DNA of 64,000 nt from Camelus dromedarius (Eukaryota), in the NCBI RefSeq assembly GCF_036321535.1, contig NC_087436.1, positions 97,962,001 to 98,026,000 of the forward strand. Reading direction: 5' to 3'. How positions within the stretch are numbered: the stretch's first letter is position 1; each line of letters starts with the position of its first letter. This document shows positions 55,110 through 64,000 of this stretch, one piece after another. The translations under genes and the position numbers were made by a program. The notes beneath the pieces are model-generated. The model was not told where the DNA came from. It ran no database searches and saw only the letters and a list, made by a program, of their open reading frames with translations.

Positions 55110-58100
55110 CTGTGGGGAAAAATTGGTCCTCAGCTCAAAGCTATTGAAGCTGTGCCTTAGCACATGCTTAACTACACACCTTAACTGTAACTACATATTG
55201 AGCAGCTTTCTCTTAGAATGACCTGAAGAATAGCAGAATGGGGCTTCTAAAATTAAACATATAAAAAGTCATATTGAGGTGTGGAGGAGGGAGAGAAATG
55301 CAATATAGTTGGGACTCAAATCCTCGGCGTGATGACCCACAAACAGGAGGGGATATCACAAACACAAAGAAGGTCCTCCCTAAGAAGCAAGGGGTTTAAG
55401 CAAGGGGTTCGTATGTTCAGTGAACTTGGGAGAAGAATGGAGAAACACAGTGAGAACTTCAACAAAAAATTAGAAAATATAAGAAAGAACCAATAAGTGT
55501 TGAAGAATAAGTAACTGAAATAAAAAATAAACTAGAGGGAATCAACAACAGATTAGATGGCACAGAAGAGCACATAAGCAATCTGGAAGACAGAATTATG
55601 GAAATCACCAAATCAGAACAACAAGAAGGAAAAAGTAAACAAACTTAAAAAAATTAGGATACTTTAAGGAATCCCTGAGACAACATAAAACATGCTAATA
55701 CTCACATTATAAAAGTCCCAGAGGAGAAAAGAGAGAAAGGGACAGAAAATGTATTTTTAAAATAGCTGAAAAATTCCCTAACCTGGGGGATGAAACAGAT
55801 ATTCAGGTTCATGAAACAGATAGCCATAAAACAAGATGAACCCAAAGATATCCAGATCAAAGCATATCATTATTAAAATGGCAAAAGTTAAAGCTAAAGA
55901 GAGAATTTGAGTCAGCTAGAGAAAAACAACTAGACACACACCAAAAAAAAAAAAAAAAAAAAAAATCCCATAAGGCAGAAACTGGGAACGTCAGAAGGGA
56001 TTAGATAATATATTTAAAGTGCTGAAAGGAAAAACAAAATACCACCAAGAATACTTTGCCTGGCAAAATTATCATTCAGAATTGAAGGAGAGAGACAGAG
56101 TTTCACAGATAAACAAAAACTAAAAGAGATTTTCACTACTAAACTGGCTTTACAAGAAATGTCAAAGAATCTCCTGTAAGTGACAAGATAATATATGAAA
56201 GAAAAGAATCTCACTGGTAAAGGCAAATATGTAGTAAAGACAGTGATCAGCCATATATAAAGCTATTATGAAGGTTAAAGGACAGAAGTCATCAAATCAA
56301 CTATAACTCCAGTAAGTAGTTAAGGAATACCCAAAGTACCTCAAAAACAAAATGTGGAGGGGGGGTACTAAAAATGTAGTGCTTTTAGAATAGCATTCAA
56401 ACTTACAGAGACATCAGCTTTAAAAAAAAAAACCTGCTCTACTATAGGTTGATATATATGGTAACCCCAAATCAAAAACATACAAGAGATACAAAAAATA
56501 TTAAAGTGAAAGGAATGCAAACATAACATAAAGAAAACCATCAAACCACAAAGGTAGAGACTAAAAAAGGGAAAAAAGAAGAGGGGAGGTAATACAAAAA
56601 CAGCAAGAAAAATATAAACAAAATGGTAATAAGCACACACTTATTGGTAGTCACTTTTAATGTAAATTGACTAAATGCTCCAATCAAAAGGCATAGGATG
56701 TGTGAATGTGTATAAAAATAAGATCTATCTACATGACACCTATGAAACTCACTTCAGATAAAGACACACACAGAGACTGAAAGTGAAAGAATGGAAAAAG
56801 ATATTCCATGCAAATGAAAACAAAAAGAAAGTTGGGGTAGCAATACTATCAGACAAAGTAGCCTTTAAAAGAAAGTAACCAAACACAAAGAAAAGCACTG
56901 CATAATGAAAAAGGGCTTAATCTAAGAAGAAGACAAAAACATTGGTAAGTATTCACAGATTCAATATAGGAGCATATATTAACACACATAAAGGGAGAGA
57001 CTGACAGTAATACAATAGAAGGGGACTTTCATATCCTACTTACATCAACCAGACAGAAAATCAATAAACATTGACCTTAAATGTCACAATAAATAAGAGT
57101 AACATAATAAATATAGATAGTACATCCCATCTAAAAACAGCAGAATACACATTCTTTTCAAGTACAAATTGGAATTAGTCAGGAGAGATCATATGTCAGG
57201 CCACAAAACAAGTCTCAATAAAGTTAAGAAAATTAAAATCATATCAAGCATCTTTTCAGACCACAACAGTATAAAACTAGAAATCAATTACAGGAAGAAA
57301 ACTAGAAAAACACAAGCATGTAGACACAAAACAACATGCTACTAAAAAATCAATGAGCCTATTAAATAAGTATTAAAAATATGTTTTATCTGGAAAAAAA
57401 GAAAAAAGAAAGAAAGAAATCAATGAATCAACAAAGAAATCAAAGAGAAAATTATAAAATACCTGGAGACAAATGAAAATGGAAAAAATACTCCAAAATC
57501 TATGGGATGCAGCAAAGGCAGTTCTAAGAGTTAAAAAAAAAACCTGCTCTACTAGACATTCATAGTGAGACAAGCCTACTCGGACACAAGAACAATCTAA
57601 AATAATCTAAGCTTAAAGCTAAAGAGACTAGGAAAAAAAAGAATAAACAAAGCTCAAAGTTAAAGAAAGAAACTAAAACAGATTAAAAATCAAAGTGGAA
57701 ATAAAGGAAACAGAGAATTTAAAAAATAACAAAAAAAATGTATAAAAGATCAAGGAAATTAAGAGCTTGTTTTTTAAAATAAAAATAAACTAAATCGATA
57801 AAGCTTTAGCCAGATTTGTCAAGAAAAAAAATTAGCAAAAATCAAAAAACAGAGAGTGGGCCCAAATAAGTATAATTAAATGGAAAGAGGATAAATTACA
57901 ACTGATATCACGGAAATACAGAAATTAGTTGCATTTCTATATACTAATAAAAATTATCAGGAAAAAGAAAATAAGAAATCAATCACTTTCACAACTGCTT
58001 CGGAAAGATTAAAATACCTAGGAATAAAGTTAGCCAAGGAGGTGAAATAACTGTACTTTGAAAACTATAAAACATTGATGAAAGAAATTGAAGATGACAC

Positions 58101-59868
58101 AAATAAATAGTAAGATACATTGTGCTTATGGATAGAAAAATTTAATATTGTTAAAAATCAATACTACTCTAGCATTTTACAGGTTCAGTGTCATCCCTAT
58201 CAAAATACCAATGGCATTTCTTCACAGAACTAGAACGAACAATCCTAAATTTTGTATGAAACCACAATCCCCCATAGCCAAAGTATTCTTGAGAAAGAAG
58301 AACAAAGCTGTAAATATCACACTGTCTGATATCAAACTATATTTCAAAGCTATAGTAATGGAAACAAGATAGCACTGTCACAAAAACAGACATATAGATC
58401 AATGGAACAAAATAAAGAACCCAGAAACAAACCCACAGTTACATGGTCAATTAATCTATGACAAAGGAGGCAAGAATACACAATGGGAAAAAAGACAGCA
58501 TCTTCAATAAATGGTATTTGGAAAGCTCGACAGCTACATGCCAATAAAACTATATCTTTTTTTACACTATATACAAAGCTAATTCAACATGAAGTAAAAG
58601 CCTACATCTAAGACCAGAAGCCATAAAATTCCTAGAAGAAAATATAGATAGTATGCAAGTTTGACATGAGTCTTAGCATTACTTTTTGGATCTGCCTCCT
58701 TAGGCAAGGACAATAAAGTTAAAAAAATTAGTCCTCATAAAACTAAACAGCTTTTGCACATCAAAAGAAACCCTCAACCAAAGGTAAAAGCAACTTACTT
58801 AATGGGAGAATATATTTGCAAATATACCTGATATGAGCTTAAAACTTAAAATATACAAAGAACACCTACAAGTCAATATCAAAAAAAAAAAAAAAAATAA
58901 ACAACTCAATTAAAAATGGGTAGAAGTCCTGAATAGGCTTTTTGTGTGTGTGAAGACCTACAGATGGCCAACAAGCATGCAGAAAGATGTTCAACATCCC
59001 TACTCACCAGGGAAATGTAAATCAAAACCACAATGAGGTATTACTTCATATCTGCCAGAATGTCTGTTATCAAAAAGACAAATAACAAGTGTTGGCAATG
59101 ATATGGAAAAAAGAGAACCCTTGTGCATAGTTGGTGGGTAAATTGGTACAGCTACTATGGAAAAGAGTATGGTGGGTTTCTCACAAAAAATTAAAAGTAA
59201 AACCACGTGATCCCGCAATTCTACTCATGGATATTTATCTGAAGAAAATAAAAACACTAATTTTAAACCCCTATGTTCATTACATTATTATTTAAAATAG
59301 CCAAGATATGGAAACAATGTACATCCATCTGTGAATGAATAGATGAAGAAAATGTGGTATATATATGTGCAATGAAATACTACTCAGTTATAAAAAAGAA
59401 TGAAGTCTTGTGATTTACAACAACATGGATAGACCTTGACTATATAATGTTAAGTAAATAAATCTGTCAGAGAAATACACATACCATATGATTTCACTTA
59501 TATGTGGACTCTAACAAAAATAAAAAACAATGAACAAACATAATAAAACAGAAATAGACTTACAGACACAGAAAATAAATTGGTGATTACCAGAAGAGAG
59601 GGGATTAGAGTGATACGAGAAATAGATAAGGGGGATTAAGAAATAAACATTTCCCGTTATAAAATAAATATGTCATGAGGATGTAATTTATAGCACAGGG
59701 AATAACAGTCAATAGCATTGTTATAAATCTGTATGGTGACAGTAAGTAGATTTATTGTGCTGATTATTTCATAACAAACATACAAAATATTGAAACAATA
59801 TGTTGTACACCTGAAATGAACATAATACAGTAAGTCATTTATACTTCAGTAAATGAAATAAAATGAAA
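55110..59868 (+). mobile_element. Near-full-length but internally deleted, inactive Laurasiatherian-type L1
   Basis: 5' UTR start (gaatgacctgaagaatagcaga...gacccacaaacaggagg), ORF1 remnant (MFSELGRRMEKHSENFNKKLENIRKNQ), long inter-ORF spacer, ORF2 from about 56640, 3' UTR ending tatacttcagtaaatgaaataaaa. Many stops and frameshifts. Confidence 0.95.
57357..57416 (+). other. 60-bp polyadenylated retro-insert inside L1 ORF2
   Basis: ATTAAA x2, A-rich tail at 57394-57416, flanked by TSD aaatcaatga (57347-57356, 57417-57426). Confidence 0.8.
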
Positions 59869-61479
59869 GTCTCATGCGATACTTCAGACTACCCTTATTT
59901 AGTGTATAAAATCATCTGTTGCATTTAATTTCATTAGCATTCAAGTAGCCAAAGTATTTGTGTTTGATATTATATCATTCTTTGGTTACCAGGGAGGATG
60001 ATCTCATAAATTTACCAATGGGGAGACACCAAACGAAGAGAGTCAGGAAATGGTTTTCTCACTTTTTTTTTTTTAACTGAAGTATAAACTTCTGTACGAT
60101 TTGGAAACCTGAGTGTTATGACTAGGAAACAATGTTGACGAAAACACTGTAGTAAGTAAACACGGCCATTTTAAAAAGTTTATGATTCTAAGTTGAAGAC
60201 TAGTGGGAAAAGGATATTCTGAGCCAGCTATATAAATCTTTTTCTTCTCTATTACACTCATACTTTCATTTCTCAAATAAAGGATCACATTTCAAAGTCA
60301 AATAGGGGAGTTTCTGAATTTTATATATGTAATCACGTATCTATGCACAATAGTCTTTCAAAACTTACAATCATGGATTCTATATAATTTGCAGAACACT
60401 AGGAAATCATTCATTAAGAACACTTGGCTAATCATTCTGTTATTCAGAGAGTAATATACGAAGAAGACTTGTAAGAATTAGATTATATAGTCAAATTGAA
60501 TGTATGCAATCCTAGGAAAATGCTGTTGATGGTAAAAATGGTTAGTAACATATTACCCTTGTTAAAAAAGACACTTGTCAAGAAGATCTATATTATTAAT
60601 AATAATGATAGAATTTTAGTATCACATGGAATATTTTTCTTGAAAAATTCCTAAGGCAAATTATGCCTTGTTCTTAGTACGTATAACAACACTGCTGCTC
60701 TTCAACTGATTAGCCTACAACTGTCAGATATAATTTTATATTAATATCTCCACAGGCTGATTTGTCATGAATAAAAACATTGTGTAAATTTTGGCAAGAA
60801 ATGTCATGTAAACAACAAAACATTGGAATACCCTCAGGAACTACAGTTCGCTCTCTCTCAAGAGGATTCCCAAGGCACCATCAACCTGGTACACAGTTTA
60901 CAAACTCTTTATTAGAGGTTTCAAATACTGATTTCCTGGCACACACAGAATAAAACCATCTCTCGGAGAAAGATTAACATTCACCTGATGTACTGAACAG
61001 CACTTACTTTTTTTGGAATGTTTGCTCTAAGAAGACTTATTTTTTTAAAGGGAAAATTTACTAATTCTCTATCCCTTTCTTCAACTTAGACTTCAGCTCT
61101 TAAAGAAGAGCCTCACCTTTCCACAATCACTCACCTGGAGTGATCTGGATTGGAATGGAGACTCGACCAAGCTCTTCTTAGGCTCAATGTATAGAAGGCT
61201 CCTTATATTCATATCAATGTCTTGGTTGATTTACACATGATGAGAAGATGAGGGTGTTGAGTTCTTTGGTATATATCAAGATGATTTGGTTTCCATTTCA
61301 GCTTTCATTAGTGTTACCTAAAATATGACTTTTTGTTCACTATATACCTTTACAACTTCCACAGCCTGATATACTGCCTGGCATATATATAGTAGATAAT
61401 CTTTTATCAAAAAACAAACAAACAAATGAACAAAAAACAAACCAAACTTTTCTCTTCCTCTCCTGGGCTTCATTCATTC

Positions 61480-61532
61480 TCTTCTTTCTGTCTTTTCCTT
61501 CCTTCCTTCCTCCCTTCCTTCCTTCCTTTCTT
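61480..61532. repeat. (CCTT)n pyrimidine tract
   Basis: ttccttccttccttcctcccttccttccttcctttc. Confidence 0.9.
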
Positions 61533-61719
61533 GGAACATGCTTTCTTCTTTCCTAGGATCATTCTTTTTTTATAAGGGTATCATATCTTTCTAAGGATCA
61601 CTCAATAATATTTTTCAAGTTGCAGCTTAAATTTTATCAAGGGGTCATCTTTGGTCTATATACAGTTTTATTTTCCCATATGAAGTGTTAATTTTGAAGC
61701 GTTAATATATAAACACATT

Positions 61720-61755
61720 TATATATATATATACACACACACACACATACATACA
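61720..61755. repeat. (TA)n(CA)n microsatellite
   Basis: tatatatatatatacacacacacacacatacatac. Confidence 0.9.
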
Positions 61756-61789
61756 TGTTCTGAACAAGTTGGTATAAAAAACTATCAAA

Positions 61790-61900
61790 TTGTCTGTTTT
61801 CTGGTTAGAGTATAAGTCTCATGAGGGCATTTTCTCTCATTCTGTGGATCCAGAGCCATGCATACAGTTAAGAGCTCAATAAATATTTGTGGAATGAATG
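61790..61900 (+). mobile_element. L2 LINE 3' end
   Basis: ttagagtataagtctcatgagggca...gagctcaataaatatttgtggaatgaat. Confidence 0.8.
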
Positions 61901-62844
61901 GGGAGGGTTTCAGAGTTAGCTAATAATCATGTACATAGTTGTAGAGACTGTAAAGGAATTCACTCCATCTTCCCAGTCCTGAGTTCTTTTAACTGAACAA
62001 TCTGTCACTTATCCAATTAATTATAAAGTTGTTTCACGAAAAATTAAATGTTTTTTCCTTGAAATGTTGACTTAAACTCCTAAAAGTCACATTTAAGTAA
62101 TTTGTGACATAATGTTGAAGTTAACATTATGCATGACTATAATAATTTGAGCTATAATATCCTTTACACTCTCAAATAAGCTGTGATAAAAATACAGATA
62201 TGCTTACCAAATATTTATTCAGTTAAGTATTTTTAAAAATTCATTCTGTAAGAACAAATTAAAGGAATTTGAATCCAAAAATAGATTTTTTTAATTCTTC
62301 ACTTAAATATTTTAGTTTTTCTCATTTCTTATTTAAAATGATACTTTATATTTTGGGCTTAGAATGGGAAAATAGGATCTACACCTAAATTCCATTAAGC
62401 TAAATCCTGGATCTGATAACAAAAGCCATTAGTAATTTCCTGTTATGGACTTAATTTTTTTTTTAAGTTTTAATTTCCATAAAATTAAGAGTTTTGCCAC
62501 ATTATCACTAAGTTCCATTGAGATCTAAATTCTTGGATTCTATGGTAAGAAATTGGTTTCTATGGTAACTTCCTGTTTTTGTTGTTGTTTTGTTTTAACA
62601 TGTTGTCCATAATACATGGATATGAGAAAACACTGGATAGATTGAAAGGGTCTTAGTCCTCACTTTCAATGTGAGGCATATTTATTTCATTTAAAAATAG
62701 GTTTTATAGTGGCAAAAAAATACAGAAATGATCTGTGTAACATCTATATCTGTGTCAGATTCTGTTTAATTGCTGAAGTTCTTCATAATATTATCATTAA
62801 AATTAACAAAGATCAATGTCATGTTAAGATCATAACAGACCATT

Positions 62845-63900
62845 CATCACTTTAGAGTACCCTACACCCATAAACAGAAAGCTGAACAAAATATACAAAG
62901 CAAATATTTTTAGATACTGGACAGTGGGTAACACAGAAATGTGAATTCTGTGGGTAGGGAAAAATATTAAATAAAACATACAATTGTTCAGCTTTCCTCT
63001 TATTGTCACTTTCCAGACTGTAATGTAGGAAGGAGCAGTCCAAAAATATCATGATGGTCACCATGGAGGTAAGAGTTGGGGATACAGAGGCTGTTAAAAA
63101 TTTTTACTAGAGAGGTACTAGAGAGGGTACTAGAGAGGAAGAAGTCCTTAAATATGAATAGGGGTTTTTTGAACTGTCTAAATAATAATCTGTGCATGCA
63201 TAGGACAAGACCATAGGTTGTGAATGAAAAGTATAGGGGAGCTGAGCTGAATAGATACTACAGAAGTTTCAAAATGCTGGAAGCAGTTCAATTTCCAAAG
63301 AGTCAGTCAGCACAGAGGTGCATCAATGACAACTCTTGCATTCAGTTTAGATCTCAGAAAGGCCATGTACTAACAGTGGAGGACTTCACCCTTTAATGAG
63401 TACACTGGATCTAATTTAACAAAGATTAAAACAAACCACTGAGAAATTTGTTTTGATTAGGATGTAGAAAGTTTCAAGAAAACATTGTCCCTAATCTAAA
63501 GACAAAATTTTTTTGATAATCTATAAAATCATAACTTTACTGGAGCTCTTCAGTGGGGCTGAGTTTGTAGGACAGCTAGGTAAACTAAATTACAAATGGT
63601 GACAGGGCTCTTAGAGAAGAGATGGGACAGATGAACTGGTTCAATTGGGGAGAGTATTGGAAGACACTGACATGACATAAAAGATAAAAACAGTTAAAAC
63701 ACTTTTTAAAATACCTAAAGAGTGACTGTGTTTTTCTCCATCTTACAATTAGAATTTAGAATTCCTAAGAGCTGCAGGCACAAGGGAAGTCCACTCTCAC
63801 TCAACACTTCTTAACTTAGTGCCTCTACAGGGTACTCACAAGAAAAACACAAGGCTGGAGACCAGAGGTGCACCAGGGTGATAAGCCTGATCTGAACTAT
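62845..63900 (+). mobile_element. Ancient L1 5'-region fragments (L1M4/L1MD-like), probably two adjacent pieces
   Basis: agaaagctgaacaaaatatacaaagcaaatatttttagatactggaca and gataatctataaaatcataactttactggagctcttcag resemble old L1 5' ends. Confidence 0.55.
63105..63138. repeat. 11/12-bp tandem repeat x3
   Basis: tactagagagg tactagagaggg tactagagagg. Confidence 0.95.
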
Positions 63901-64000
63901 GAGTTCCTCTTCTTGACCAACCCTGACTGTGACCTAATGACATTCAAATGCACCAATAAACCCCCACTTATGCCTTTTGCTCCTGTACTCCATCCTGCTC

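Noticed and set aside
55095..59880. TSD for the large L1 (aatctcttg / agtctcatg)
   Set aside because: Too degenerate to claim
30811..63138. Short direct repeats (30.8, 34.4, 63.1 kb) as a CRISPR-like array
   Set aside because: Only 2-3 units each, no unique spacers, eukaryotic context

Overview
AT-rich, CpG-depleted placental-mammal genomic DNA, intergenic or deep intronic. No protein-coding gene, RNA gene or CpG island can be supported. The supplied ORFs are short chance ORFs or decayed LINE-1 remnants. The window is a patchwork of fossil transposons: L1 of several ages, L2, MIR, MaLR/ERVL LTRs, MER20, MER5, a Tigger2-derived MITE and a Charlie-type hAT fossil. One L1 3' UTR looks cetartiodactyl, and no Alu, B1/B2, Bov-tA, BovB, PRE-1 or CHR-type SINE was seen, which tentatively suggests a camelid-like genome (inference). 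I did not find a convincing new biological system. The best second-look items are small: a 24-bp templated insertion copied from 1.1 kb upstream inside a dead L1, a 60-bp polyadenylated retro-insert with a target-site duplication (TSD), an inverted L1, several multi-level nested insertions, hairpin-associated micro-duplications, a candidate first exon and a candidate conserved enhancer. Repeat family names come from recalled consensus similarity, not a database search. Boundaries are approximate unless TSDs are given.
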